Part shown: piece by piece, positions 14,360-27,189 of the stretch | How positions within the stretch are numbered: the first letter of the stretch is position 1 | Layout of the letters: every line of letters starts with the position of its first letter | Source: Podarcis bocagei | Taxonomy: Eukaryota | DNA length: 64,000 nucleotides | NCBI GenBank assembly: GCA_964188305.1 | Contig: OZ076894.1 | Reading direction: 5' to 3' (one strand) | Made by a program: the position numbers and the translations under genes | The notes under the pieces: generated by a model | Told to the model about the DNA's origin: nothing | Seen by the model: the letters and a program-made list of their open reading frames with translations, nothing else | Databases searched by the model: none

Positions 14360-15940
14360 TACGTGTATGTCCCTTACAGTGCAATACCTTAATGTTTTAA
14401 AAATAAGCTATGCCATTTTGGCTACATAGGGATCAGCACTTAAGAGAATGAATTCACTTTTAGAATGTGAGGTTTTCATTTCCATATACCCTTTATCTGT
14501 CCAGAAAAATTATGTACGTTTTGTTCCCCAAAATGGAAAAGATCAGAACCAGCCTCTTCAGTTGCTGGCCATACTAAGGCATAAACTTAAATCAGGCTCA
14601 GATGTGTTTAGGTGCATACAAGATAACTACTTACAGATTTACTATTTAGATAAATGGGGGAAAGATTGGGGGGAGGAGAAGAAGGGTAGCCCCTGTGTTA
14701 GAAGAAGCAACACTTACTTTTCAAACATTAATGTGTCATAGTGTATGACACACACACCACACACCAGCACTAGCAGTCATGTATGGCTGATAGGGGTGTT
14801 AAAATAATTTAATGGAGGACAAAGGGGGAAGAAGGAGTGTGAGAAAGGGATTGTCAGGACGAAATCATGCTTCTATACATGGACGACTGAGTGCTGGAAA
14901 TCACAGGTCAGGTTCCATGCTGATGAAGCTATTTCTCTAGTTGACAACTGTCAACTAGATGTCTAAGGAACCCATGAATATTCAAGTACTGTTCTGTGGC
15001 ACATTTAGCATTTTGAAGCCAGGAAAATAGAACTCATGAAATATGAAAGGACTGCTCCATGTCGCCTTGTAGCAAATGTTTCCATTAAGATGATATATGG
15101 ACAAATTCACACCTTCATCTGCTCAGAGTGCCCTACTGTATTTTCAATCAGCTGCATTACTTTGCTTTGAAAGCATTACCATTGGTCTACATTTGCCTTC
15201 CCGATAGGAGGATCTCAAAGGCTAGTGTTATAGTCAGTGTGTGGAATTTCTTTTAATAATGATAGATGTGGGTGAGTTCCAAAACTGAGTGCACTTTTTT
15301 CTTTTTTTTTTGCAACGCAATCAAATCATCTGCTATAAGGAACTTTCTAAAGGCAAGATGTCCCCCATAAAGTGGCAGTCAGGCCTCCAAGTGGCAGTCA
15401 GTTGCTTCAAGCATCTTTCTGCTCTTCAACTCAGATAATTCTCAATATACAAACCAACAACGGACTGGTCATTGAGCAGACAAATTCAAAAGCAGGTGGG
15501 GTGCAAGAGAAGAAAGCACCAAAGGAGAATGAACTGCCAAATCAAAAACAATTGTGGGGACACACACCCATTTGATCCCATTCTTTACGCCCATTCTGGG
15601 AGGTGTCAGGGGCATGGAAGAGCCTCCCCTGAACTGCCCCAAACCTTCCCCTCTACAAATGCTTCTTATTTACTCTGCCTGCTGCTGACATGCCAATGGT
15701 GGGGGACAGCTGTGAAGGTTTCTGTGGCTGCAGAGATAATGCCTTGGTTACTGGACCTCTACTTGTCTGTGCACGCACATACTTATAATCAGCTTGAATA
15801 CCTCCAAACATAAGTTTCCCAAAGAAATTCATGTTGGGACAATAAAATAGATGTGTTTTGCCAAAAGAAACTATACCAATACATTTTTCAGGATTACTTA
15901 CTTACTTGATTTAAAATTTACAAAAATACTGACAATGCTT

Positions 15941-16290
15941 CAGTATACCTGAAGGAGCATCTCCACCCCCATCGTTCAGCCCAGACACTGAGGTCCAGCG
16001 CCAAGGGCCTTCTGGAGGTTCCCTCACTGTGAGAAGCGAAGTTACAGGGAACCAGGCAGAGGGCCTTCTCGGTAGTGGCGCCCGCCCTGTGGAATGCCCT
16101 CCCATCAGATGTCAAGGAAATAAACAACTAACTGACATTTAGAAGATATCTGAAGGCAGCCCTGTTTAGGGAAGTTTTTAATGACTGATGTTTTAATGTA
16201 TTTTAATTTTTGTTGGAAGCCGCCCAGAGTGGCTGGGGAAACCCAGCCAGATGCGCGGGGTAGAAATAATAAATTGTTGTTGTTGTTGTT
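15941..16290 (+). mobile_element. L2-clade LINE 3' fragment
   Basis: Translates YLKEHLHPHRSAQTLRSS...RAFSVVAPALWNALP (typical L2 ORF2 C-terminus), then a GCCGCCCAGAGTGGC 3' motif and an AAT/GTT repeat tail. Confidence 0.85.
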
Positions 16291-17549
16291 GAATGATTTC
16301 AAGTTAACTTTTATTTGATATTAGATTTACAAAATGGTACAGATGTGAGACCATTGATTTTTGTCATTTTATAGTATTTCTAAATAATAGCTCTGAAACA
16401 AGATATTGCCAGCATTCAGAATCTGGTGAACTTTTAAAATTTGGATTTTGAATGCCCAAATCAATGTCAACATTTCCAATTTTGGCAGAGTACATGATGA
16501 AAGGGCCTTGTAATCGAACTGGCAATGTTAACATTTTTAGTGAGCAATACATCATACTGTATTGACTGGAAGCGAAAATCAAAAAGCTATTTTTGAGTGC
16601 ATGGGATTGCCCATTCAAAGGTCAGGAATGTGACAGTTCTACACTACAGCTACAAAGAAACAGATGTAACCCCACTCTTTTATGCTTGTATGACAGTTTT
16701 CGTTTGCGTTGAAAGGGAGACAGGACTGTGGCTGAAAAAGGAAGGAGCATGGATTAGTAGCTGGCAGTGGAAATTGCATTCAAAGAACGCTAAATAACGC
16801 TGAGAATAAATGAATTTATTACCCAGGAGTCACAGATAAAGGTTTGTTGATTGTAGCGTCACGTTTAGGACTACATGCAACCAGACGGAGTATGAATGTG
16901 AGAAACGAAATGGATAGATTCTATCCTTTGACTGCACCTTTTCATACAAGGTGAAAGCATATTTCCAAGACACAGTTTAAACAGTTGGCCCGTTAACAAG
17001 CATCTGTCTGCAATGATCTGGTAATTTTTAGGATATTCAGCTATGGAATATACCTCTTGAAGTTATGTAAATTTTACTTTTGTATGGTAAGCTAGCTTCT
17101 ACACAAACTTTCATCCCCCTCTCTACACTCCATCCAGGTAAGCAAGGGGATTAGGAGATTGCAAGGACGTATTCCAGCCAGGTAGAAACAGTCAAGGAGG
17201 ATGTGGAGCAGAAGTGGTGATGGGTGTCCCCTGGGAAGACAAGGTGTGACTGAGGAGGGTGTGTGGTCCTGGAAGAGTCCCAAGGGACAAGACAGAGCAG
17301 CTTTGAATCATTGGGCCTGAAGTTCCCCATCCTTGAGTTATAAAGATGCTTATTATTCATTACCTATATCAGTCACATGGGTAATGGATGCACTTGAACC
17401 TGAGGGCAGGAGGTTACATATTACAAATTTAATTTTCACCTCAGATAAGATATATTAAACTGTGAGAATAACTGCCTCACATGTTCCTTAAGGTGAATTT
17501 CTGTCCCCACCCAATCCTGTATGAATAATTACTCTTCATAGCTTCAAAC

Positions 17550-17653
17550 CAGTTTTTACCAACATGGTGTCTTCCAGATCTTTTGGATTACAACCATGGT
17601 AGCTCAAGGCTCATGGGAGTTGCCATCCAAAACATCTGGAAAGCACCGGGTTA
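17550..17653. mobile_element. Degenerate hAT-type foldback MITE
   Basis: GGTGTCTTCCAGATCTTTTGGAT.../...ATCCAAAACATCTGGAAAGCACC inverted arms. Same family as 10351. Confidence 0.6.
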
Positions 17654-17661
17654 GCTTAAAC

Positions 17662-17797
17662 CATCGTTTCTCAAACTTGAGCCTCTAGCTGTTGTTGAAC
17701 TACAACTCCCATCATCCCTAACTAGCAGGATCACTGGGGAGGGGGGAGGGGAGTTGTAGTCCAACAAGAGCTGGAGAACCAAGTTTGAGAAACATTA
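17662..17797. mobile_element. hAT-type foldback MITE
   Basis: GTTTCTCAAACTT/AAGTTTGAGAAAC inverted ends. 8-bp TSD GCTTAAAC/ACTTAAAC (7/8 match). Confidence 0.8.
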
Positions 17798-18599
17798 ACT
17801 TAAACTTTTGCAAGGTCAGGTGCAAATTGGTCTCAGAAAATGAAATTCCTATCTATCCCTTTACACATGAAATTTCAAAGCATACCTATTTGTGTATGTG
17901 CACCTTGCTGCAAAGAATATACGTAAGTTCTTCTTTTTCTATTTTACAATGAGAATATAAATTCTTAAGGAACAGCAGCAAGCCACAAAGTGTCTCTGAG
18001 GCCATAATTAGTTTTTCCTCATTTGAGTCAACTTCTATCATCAGACAATCCCTACTGATTGGAACAGACTTGTCTGTGATTCCTTCGGCTTTATTTATTT
18101 CTGTTATTCCTGTGGCTTATTTTTCCCATGGCACTATTTATTTTTTTACACTTATTACATATCAGTGATTTTAGTTATGGAAAACATCTAATGCCATTTA
18201 TTTATCTCCCTTGGGCTGCATCCCACATTGCTAGAGAGAACGGCAGCTCCTGCAACCTTCCCCTACCTCATTTCTGCAGCTCCCTGGATGCCTTCACAGA
18301 GGGTTTTGGGGGGAACTTACTGAACACTGCAGGCTGTGTCTAACACGGCTCCAGTGGGAAGCGTAGTAGAATCCCGCATGGCTCCATTTTGTGTAGGTGT
18401 GCAATTTGTGTAGCTCTGCAGCCCTGTAGGATACAGCCACAATGTAAGTAAGGCCCACCAACACTGTGGTGAAGCTCCTCAGTGGACGCAAGGGGCTGAA
18501 GGCAGGAAGAGGGGAGATGAATTGCAAGAGCTTATTTCTGCTTGTGCAATGTTGGATACAGAATCCTATACTTTTATTAGCAACTTAGAAAGCTAACTT

Positions 18600-18748
18600 G
18601 TGCCACTGGTCTATGTAGCTCAGAATCGTCTACACTGATCTCCATGGTTTCAGACAGCGGTCTCTTCCAGAACCTATCTTCAGAAGCCGAGGGTTGAACT
18701 TTGGACCCTCTGCATGCGACACTGATGCTCTACCACTGAGCTGCAGCT
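18600..18748 (-). mobile_element. tRNA-derived SINE (Squam3-like), degraded
   Basis: Minus strand starts AGCTCAGTGGTAGAGCA (A box) with a GTTCAA B-box-like motif. Related copies at 52295 and 56685. Confidence 0.6.
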
Positions 18749-21210
18749 CTTCTCACATCAGCTGTCTTGATCTAATATATTCTCATTTCCCTTTGTTTTG
18801 ATCTTTATCTTCCACGGTGCTGTTTCTGATGCTTCTGTCAAAATGCACAGGCCTATTCTGAACAATCTCAAATGAACATCAGATAGAATCTGCTGCCTGC
18901 TTCTGAAGCAAATGCTAAGTATTGTGTTTACATCAGCACTAATTATAGGATATATAAATGTGAGCATTTATTCAGTATATTAGCCTTTCTGGTATTTTTA
19001 TACTAGACCAGATGGCTATAGGAGATTTTCAGTTAATTAAAACATTGCTCAAATGTAAAGCTATAAAGGATGTTTTTAATTGTATACAATGTTCAAATAT
19101 ATCCCTTTTCAATAATTTATAGAGACTGGTGCTCCCTGCCATAATACCTTTTAGCTGTAGATGTAATAGTACAGGGACAAGGTGGTTGGATTGGTCAGGG
19201 TAATCACCTGCACTCTGGACCCTTGCCCTTCTTGGCTGATAAAAACTAGTAGGAAGGGGACAGCTGGCTGCGCCAATCATCTGATTAATGCCTCCTTGTG
19301 AAAGGGAGTGGTTCCTGCCTGCTTGGAGGCAGTAGTAAGACTCTCCATGGATTCAGAAAATCTAAGTAATTACCAGCCACTTGCCAATCTCCCTTTCTTG
19401 GGCAGTGATGGGAAGACAGGTGATCAGTGCCACCTCACCAACCACTATAGCTAACACAGCTTTGGGAGGTTACATACTTAAAGTTGATTGGCTAAGAGGC
19501 ATCATGAACCTTCACATTTACCACATTAGCACCAGTTAGCTAGAATAACCAGAAAACACTGGGTGCTTTTCTTTTTATAGGTAATGGATCCCTGAGAAGG
19601 CTAGCACTTTAAAGTACCAAATTCTTTAGCCAGTTCATTTGAGGCCAAATTCTCTTAATGTTTTCATTATAGGTTAGTAGCAGAATGTGCATTAGGTACA
19701 CATCAATAAACTGTTTAAGCAGGAAGGATTTAATTAAGATAAACAGGCTACTAAATATTTGTTTCCTTATCTAATAGATATTCTTCTTCAGACTGGGTAA
19801 TACCTTCGTGCGCCTACAAATGATCAGATACAAGAACATAAAACAGACCTTGCGTAGAGCTTTATAACCTTGCATAAATTTTGCTGAATTGACTGCAAAA
19901 AGTCTCTGTGAAGCATGCTACCAATATTTAGCAACCCGTTGATTTTGGCAGAACACTATATATATCTGAAATGCACTCTGGAAAGTGCAGTGTTACGAAC
20001 CATCTACAAATGCAGTTTTTGAAAAGCAGCCATATGAGCACAAGTCTGGATGAAGGGACTCCCACCCTTCTAGCATAATAAAATGATTGGTATGAAAGGC
20101 TTTTCAGATATCTGTATCTTTTAATAATTCACTTTGAAAAGCCAGCAGTAGCTGGAGGCACAGTCTTACAACTCGCGTCAGAAGGAATGGTCTATTGTCT
20201 AGGAAAGAAGCAGTCATCTCTTGTGTATCAATGGCACATGAGCCCTGGGAATTTTCAAGGTCGTAATTCCTTTCTGGAAGTTGGTTTCATGCTGAAGAGC
20301 CATAGCACATTGCCTAGGCTTATAGGAGGTGTCATATTTGTTGCCGTATAGACACTATGCTTCAAAAGAGTCAGCAGCATGCTTTAGATTTACCAAGAAA
20401 TACATGGATTTTTTTTAAAAGTAGAAGCCAACTGAAAGGCACATCCCCCCTAGATATAAGGCAAGATGCAGTTTTCAAACAAATTCCCAAATCAAATGTA
20501 AGCCTCAAAGGCTAGTAAAATGCATATAACTGCAGTTGGAAGTAGTCTGGAAACTGAGATGCTAATAAAAATCAAACTGTGAAGAATTGGGAGCTGTTGG
20601 AAAGAATGCCTTATTTTCTACAATTGCTTTTCAAACAGCTTAAATAAAAGCTGGATCACCTTTGATGGCAAATGCTTTATTCTTAGCTTTCCTAAAGTAA
20701 CCATCTCTAGCACACCATTCAAATCACTGACAAACTGTATCCTCTGCAGTTTAGCATGAAAGAAAAATCAGCAACATGAGTGTTTCTTCATGTATTCTCC
20801 CTCCCACCCCCCAGGGACAATCACATTTCAGTAACAATATTATAAATAAGCCATACACTACAAATGTGTTCAAGAGTAGGCAGTCTAAGGAAGTATAGTA
20901 GCTGCTCAGCTGACGGTGCCGTTTGTAAAAAACGAAATGCCAAAACACTTCACAGAATTAATTCAGCCAGACGGCAAGTACACATATAAGTAGCAGACAA
21001 CAGAGTCAAAGACTCCGCTGCAAATGAAAGTACAGTACGCACAAGATTAAACAAATGCAACAGTCCAAAATCAAGCCACAGTCCTTGTGTATTAATTAAG
21101 CTTCAGGTCTGGCTCCAATATCTTACCCTCTCATCTTTAGAAAGCTCACCCTGTATTTCAGTAGTGGGCAGAAGGCAGCTCAGGATCACCTGGTGTAATT
21201 GGGGTTGATA

Positions 21211-21758
21211 CTGTATTTTTCGCTCTATAGGACGCACTTTCCCCCCTCCAAAAATGAAGGGGAAATGTGTGTGCGTCCTATGGGGTGAATGCAGGCTTTT
21301 GCTGAAGCCTGGAGAGCGAGAGGGGTCGGTGTGCACCGACCCCTCTCACTCTCCAGGCTTCAGGAAGCTATCCGCAAGCCTTGGGAGCCCACAGGAGTTC
21401 CTGCCAGGCTCCCACGGCTTGTGGAGAGCTGCCTGCACCCCAAAGCCTGGGCGTGCTGAGCAGTTGCGCCTGGGCTTCGGGTAGCTCTGCGCAAGCCGCA
21501 AGAGCCCTCCCACAGCTTGTGGAGAGCTGCCTCTATCCTGAAGCCCGGGCGCGCTGAGCAGTCACGCCCGGGCTTCGGGTAGCTCTCCACAAGCCGTGGG
21601 AGGGCTCCCACGGCTTGTGGAGAGCAGCCTGTTCTGGGGGCTGGGGTCGGGGGAAGCTCGGGCCTAGTGGCGAAATATTTTTTTTTCTTTATTTCCCCCC
21701 CCAAAAAAAACTAGGTGTGCCCTATGGGCCGGTGCGCCCTATGGGGTGAAAAATACGG
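21211..21758. mobile_element. Tc1/mariner (pogo/Tc2-like) MITE with GC-rich internal tandem and inverted repeats
   Basis: TA-CTGTATTTTTC...GAAAAATACGG-TA. Internal ~90-bp CCCAC(G/A)GCTTGTGGAGAGC repeats. Confidence 0.85.
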
Positions 21759-21809
21759 TAATTTGCAATGTCCAAACATTCTTACAAAGAACCGTCTGAG
21801 GCTGCCAAG

Positions 21810-22089
21810 GCATTCTGTCACAAGAGACCAGGGCCCTGCGGGACTTGACATCTTTCCGCAGGGCCTGCAAGACAGAGCTGTTCCACCAGGCCTTTGGCCA
21901 GGGCACAGCCTGACACCCTCCCTCAGCAATCTTCGCGGAGCTCTGGCCCAATGGTTGCCAGTGGCCTGAATTAATTAATTTTATGATGAATGATTTTAGA
22001 GTGTTGTTTATGCTATACTTTTATACTGTTTTATTGTTGTTAGCCGCCCTGAGCCCGGCTTCGGCTGGGGAGGGCGGGATATAAATAAA

Positions 22090-22144
<55 letters not shown>
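21810..22144 (+). mobile_element. L2-clade LINE 3' fragment with (ATT)n tail
   Basis: Reads LSQETRALRDLTSFRRACKTELF. Matches the reverse complement of 62298-62902. Ends GCCGCCCTGAGCCCGG...AATAAA(ATT)n. Confidence 0.85.
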
Positions 22145-22145
<1 letters not shown>

Positions 22146-22224
22146 CTGGCTCCTATTTGTCAAACATTTGTCTCTGTACATCCTGAAAAGATAGCCAAAG
22201 ATAGCATTTCTTCCTAGGGAAAAT

Positions 22225-22555
22225 AGGTAACGGTAAAGAGATCCCTGACCATTAGGTCCAGTCGCAGACGACTCTGGGGTTGTGGTGCTCATCTCGCTTT
22301 ACTGGTCTAGGGAGCTGGTATACATGTGGCCAGCATGACTAAACCACTTCTGGAGAACCAGAGCAGCACACGAAAACACCTTTTACCTTCCTGCCATAGC
22401 AGTACCTATTTACCTACTTGCACTTTGTGCTTTCAAACTGCTAGGTTGGCAGGAGCAGGGACTGAGCAATGGGAGCTCACCCCATTGCGGGGATTCGAAC
22501 TGCCGACCTTCTGATCGGCAAGCCCTAGGCTCTTGGTTTAATCCACAGCGCCACC
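22225..22555 (-). mobile_element. Sauria SINE
   Basis: Minus strand GGTGGCGCTGTGG (A box)...GGCAGTTCGAATCCC (B box), ending in an (ACCTTT)-like tail. Similar to 51371-51715. Confidence 0.85.
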
Positions 22556-24080
22556 TTATTAAATCAGGGTGCTGAAATGTTAACAAAATCCCTACAGAAA
22601 AGAGCCTTCGTTGACTAATACATGTTCATGTTCCAGAGTCTATATCACTTTGATGTACTTTTACCCTGGGGTTAATCTAAAACGAAACGGTGTTGTCATC
22701 CCTGGAGGTGATCAATCTTTCCTGTTTCTAAAGAGTGTGTGTGTAAGAGAGAGAGAGACAGTGTGGAAACCACTACCTACTTTCTACACACTTATCAAGC
22801 AAGCAAAACAAAAAGCTACACCTCGCAAACACTGCCTGCTCATAGAGACCATCCATCTTAATAGCTAGCTGTAGTTAGGGACAAGATATATGAGCAGACA
22901 TAAGGCAAAATAAAGCTCTGAACCAGAAGGATGGCAGGATTTAAACAAGAGAAAGAAATTTGTCAACACAAATTTGTTGGTGGGAATTCTTTGGGGTTGT
23001 GCACATTGACACTGCTATTTTGAGCAAATCTCTGTTTACCCTTGGATGCCAATTGTTGTAGATTGGCTTAGGGTTTTCCAGCCTTCCTAATAATCAAGGC
23101 ACTAAGGGTACGCTGGCTTTACCCTTGCACCAAGTATATATTTCCATGGGAGTTGGGGGGGCGGGGCGGACTGAAAATAAAAAATTGCTGACAGAAAGAC
23201 ATTTAATGTGATTTGATTATCACAGTGTGCCAGTACAAAACCAGGTTTACGTTGCTAACTCCAGTTTTCCAATTTTTCCAGGTTTCTATTTTTTTTAAAA
23301 AAGCAGCAATATTTTTTTAAAAAGCTTTTATAGTTTTGAACATAGACTTGGATATGTGTGGATAACAGTAAAATATTAGATGCTTATGGGGAACTAAAAG
23401 GACTTAAAGCATTAAAGAACAGGCCTTCACTGTTCTCATATACATTTTCATTTCATATTTATAAAAAGTTTATAATATAATCAAAAAAGCTATATTTAAA
23501 AATAATTAAAAAGGAATATAAAAAAGAAACTGTCTTCTACTTCCATGTTTTTCCATGTCTTCTACTTCCATACTAAATTCTATAGTCAACATATGGCATT
23601 TGCCTTTAAAAAAACACCCAGACCTTATTTCCAGTTTATGTAATTAAAAAAGCAGAATAGTGCCCAAAAGTTGTACCCTTTTGCAAAGGTATGGGTAACT
23701 GACAGATTATTCAGGCATCAAAGTGAAAACCTGTATAATTTTTATTTTTTTTTTAATTTTTTTAAACCCTACCACTTTAGAAATAATGTTCCCAAAGGTC
23801 CTTCAGAGAAGAAATGGAATTCTTATGCCTGGAGGAGTCAGTGGTGCAGAACTAAGGGATGCTGCTGCCAGCTGTTGGTAAACAAATCTAGGAAGTGCCA
23901 CAACCTGTATTTGATCATGTGTCACAACTCAGTATGGAGGTAAAAGAAAAGCAGGATGATAACTATCAACAGTATTTTCAGGCTACCTACCAACAGCTAT
24001 CAATGAAATAATGACAAATTTATTCGTTTTACTTTGCTTAAACAGATAAGTTTTGCTGTTTAGGGAATCCTACTGTATTA

Positions 24081-24225
24081 CAGTGGTACCTCAGGTTACA
24101 TACGCTTCAGGTTACAGACTCCGCTAACCCAGAAATAGTACCTCGGGTTAAGAACTTTGCTTCAGGATGAGAACAGAAATCGGGCTCTAGCGGCGCAGCG
24201 GCAGCAGGAGGCCCCATTAGCTAAA
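24081..24225. mobile_element. Family A MITE, left part (split by the Ngaro element)
   Basis: TA-CAGTGGTACCTCAGG... to GCCCCATTAGCTAAAG. The sequence resumes at 31455. Confidence 0.92.
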
Positions 24226-24436
24226 GCGTGTTCTCCCTAGCAGAGAGCACGTGTTGCGGTTGGGAACAGGCCACCCTCCAGTGACTAGGCAAATTTAGTT
24301 GAATCCCGACCATTTAAATGGTTAAACTGGGTTGCTGGGGTGTTTTGATTGTTGCCAATTCGGAGGAGGGGTCAGAGTCTATATATACAGGGGCCAGACG
24401 TTGGCACGGCCTCTTGGCCGTTTTGCATCGGATCAC
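24226..24436 (+). repeat. Split direct repeat A1
   Basis: No mismatch seen by eye against 30645-30855. Confidence 0.95.
24355..24388 (+). promoter_or_regulatory. Putative element promoter in repeat A (CCAAT, then TATATATA)
   Basis: GCCAAT near 24355 and TATATATA at 24380-24387, repeated in A2 at 30799-30806. Function is inferred from position only. Confidence 0.4.
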
Positions 24437-24890
24437 ATGGAGCACTGGGACAATCTTCTCATTGTCTGGTTACATTTCTTTATTTCTTTATTTCCCCTTT
24501 CTTTTAATCCTCTCTAGTCCCTTAAATAATTTAATTCCCCCCTTTTCCTGTTCAATTTCCCACCCCACCCCTTACCCTGCCCTGTAGGAAGATTCTCCCT
24601 GTATCTGTGGCTTGCCTTTCCCAATAGTGAGAGAGCCCCCGTTAGGGGCTTTCTTTCGCAAAAAGGTTTCCCCCATTTCTCTTGTTGAAATTGTGGGGCT
24701 AGTCAGGGCTGTTCCCAGCTTAGCTGGTATCACTTTCGTTTATAGTATCCCCGAAGGTTGGCTTTATGGCTCCCTGTGCCTCCAAGGACTATGAGCACTC
24801 TGTATATGCTCTTGAACTATGCTATTTCTGAACAAGTTTATTTTCTTTAAGTTTGTTTTGCCCTGATAGAGGCGACTGCCATTTTGAGGT

Positions 24891-24960
24891 GAGCCATTGT
24901 GGCTTAGTGGCTAAAGTGCAGGACTAGGACCTGGGAGTTCATATCCCCCTCTTAGCCATT
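24891..24960 (+). mobile_element. tRNA-derived SINE head fragment inside the Ngaro body
   Basis: TGGCTTAGTGG (A box-like)...GAGTTCATATCCC (B box-like). Confidence 0.5.
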
Positions 24961-25484
24961 GTTATAACAAAACAAAACAAACTGCTCCTTATGGGCTATT
25001 CTGTTGCTGGGCAGTTCGGCCCATTTGTGATAAAAGAACTTTGGGTTTCTTGAAGGGGTGCTTCCCTCTAAAAGGGCAAGCAGGGGTACCTGGACAAGCT
25101 GTGGGCTACCTCAACTCTGCTATTTCACTGGAAACATTTATGCCTGGCCTAGCAGGTGATCCTAGGGCTTTGCCCTAGAATTCGATGGCCTGGAAGCGTT
25201 TCCGGCCTGAATAGTGTCCCCATGTGGTCCATGAAGCATTGGTTTCACTGGGTCAGCGCATAGTGCCGGTAATGCCTAGGTTGCAGGATTGGTCCCTGTA
25301 TGGGACAGCTGCATGCTCCCCCATTGCTCTACCTGGACACTTAAGTCCTTTTGGTGGTTACCTCACTGCGAGGGATGTAATGGGCGCCATGTTTGCAATA
25401 TGCAACTGGGAGAAAGCACCTTTGCGTGCCCGCATTGCAGTTTGCTCTGTGCGTTGCAGAGCACGGCGCTGCACGGTCTGCAAT

Positions 25485-26200
25485 TGCATTGCATTGCTAG
25501 GAGATTTGCAGTTGCATTGCACGGAGGGTGTGTAGTTGCATTGCACGGAGTGTGTTGTTGCATTGCACGGAGTGTGTAGTTGCATTGCACGGAGGGTGTA
25601 GTTGCATTGCACGGAGTTTGTTGTTGCATTGAACAGAGGGTGTGCAGTGCACGGAGTGTGTAGTTGCATTGCATGGAGTGTAGTTGCATTGCATGAAGGG
25701 TGTGTGCATTGCAGGGAGTGTGTAGTTGCATTGCATGGAGTGCATGTGCATTGCAGGGAGTGTGTAGTTGCATTGCAGGGAGTGCGTGTGCATTGCATGG
25801 AGGGTGTAGTTGTATTGCACAGAGTGTTTTTTGTTTTGCTTTGGTTTTTTGCATTGCACGGAGTGTGTGTGCATTGCACGGAGTATGTAGTTGCATTGAA
25901 CAGAGGGTGCAGTGCACGGAGTGTGTAGTTGCATTGCATAGAGTGTAGTTGCATTGCATGAAAGGTGTGTGCATTGCAGAGAGTGTGTTTTGCATTGCAC
26001 GGAGTGTGTAGTTGCATTGCACAGAGGTTTTGTGTGTGCATTGCACGGAGTGTGTAGTTGCATTGCACAGAGCGTGCTTTTTGCATTGCACGGAGTGTGT
26101 AGTTGCATTGCATGGAGAGTGTGTGCACTGCACGGAGTGTGTGTTGTTTTTTTGGTTGTTTTTTTTTGTTTTGTTTTTGCATTGCACAGAGTGTGTGTCT
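25485..26200. repeat. Minisatellite, ~16-22 bp units, consensus GTTGCATTGCACGGAGTGTGTA
   Basis: About 30 degenerate copies of a TGCATTGCA core. Accounts for the Cys/His/Thr-rich ORFs here. Confidence 0.93.
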
Positions 26201-26345
26201 GAAAAGGAAGCTGGCTTGGCGGCAGCTTGGTTGGGACTTCTTTAGGGGTTCTGGCCAGCGTCGGCCCTGTAAATTTACATATCATGATGGCTGCACAAGA
26301 TGCCCCCTGCCCAAGCGGGGGCTGGAAGCTGGCAAGCAGTAGCTC
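26201..26345 (+). pseudogene. Degraded gag/ORF1 C-terminal Cys/His zinc-finger-like segment
   Basis: Reads GWDFFRGSGQRRPCKFTYHDGCTRCPLPKRG, resembling the CWxFNxGxCxRxxCKFxH motif of DIRS/Ngaro ORF1, with several Cys lost. Confidence 0.5.
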
Positions 26346-26453
26346 AATACCTTTTGCCCATATTCCCATTTTATTTAGGGATCCAGTTGGATATCGTTGC
26401 TAAAACATACCACTTGGCTATGGAGAAGCTGTCTGCCTTGAAGGAAGTTATTT

Positions 26454-26955
26454 TGTAATACTTCCTCTGTAGCAAGTGATGCTTCACCAGATCTGATCTT
26501 GCTGGGTCACTTAACTAATCTTCCCACTAGGCCAGGCTGCCTAGATTTCACCCCTCCCATATCCAAGAATCTCCTGAGGAGTCTGCTGATTCTCCAGAGA
26601 GGAGGAGGCGTGTTCTGGTCTCTACTTATTCTGCTCCAGCACCAAGTCAGTCAGTCAGTCAGTGTCGGAGAGGGAGAGAGACTGAGTGTTAGAGATCATG
26701 TGTAGAGATAAGGTTGCTGCTAAGGGCAGCTGCAGATACTCAGTGCAGTGCAGCATTTATTTATGCTTAGACCTATTAAGCTCTGTATATAGTTTGTATA
26801 GTTGTAGATAGAATAAAGAAGATATTCTACAGAGCTGCTCTCTGAGTTGTTTATATACTCAGACTCTGCTGTACTCTGCTGTGCGACGACTGTCTTTTTG
26901 TTGGAGTGAATCCGGTGCTCACAACTCTAAGCTGTGAGTCCACAGCACTTTGACC
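26454..26955 (+). mobile_element. Possible solo LTR inserted in the Ngaro body
   Basis: ~500 bp starting TGT, composition distinct from flanks, TATATA at ~26786, AATAAA at 26812-26817. No clean CA end or TSD found. Confidence 0.35.
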
Positions 26956-27189
26956 TGTTCATGTGCAGAAGGTGGTCTCTGGAAGTGCTACCCAGCTCGC
27001 CTAGCCCAGTTGGGGCTGAAGTGGATGAGTCCAGTTGGTGGCACTGGCTCAAGGGCGATGCTGACAGAGGTCCCCTTACCTTTGTGTATGCCTACCAAAT
27101 GTGGTGAAGGCAGATATCAGGCGATGGTAGCAATTCCTGAATGTATGCAATAGTAGTTCGCCATGGCAGGATACCTTGAACCCGCTCAG

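Noticed and set aside
22430-22555. tRNA genes (also near 51600-51715 and 18690-18748)
   Set aside because: A/B boxes belong to SINE heads. No complete cloverleaf found.
25485-26200. CRISPR-like array
   Set aside because: No unique spacers, units are degenerate tandem copies, the context is eukaryotic and no cas genes are present.
25358-26369. Three 274-290 aa Cys/His-rich ORFs resembling metallothionein or zinc-finger proteins
   Set aside because: They are translations of a stop-free minisatellite, open in all three minus-strand frames.
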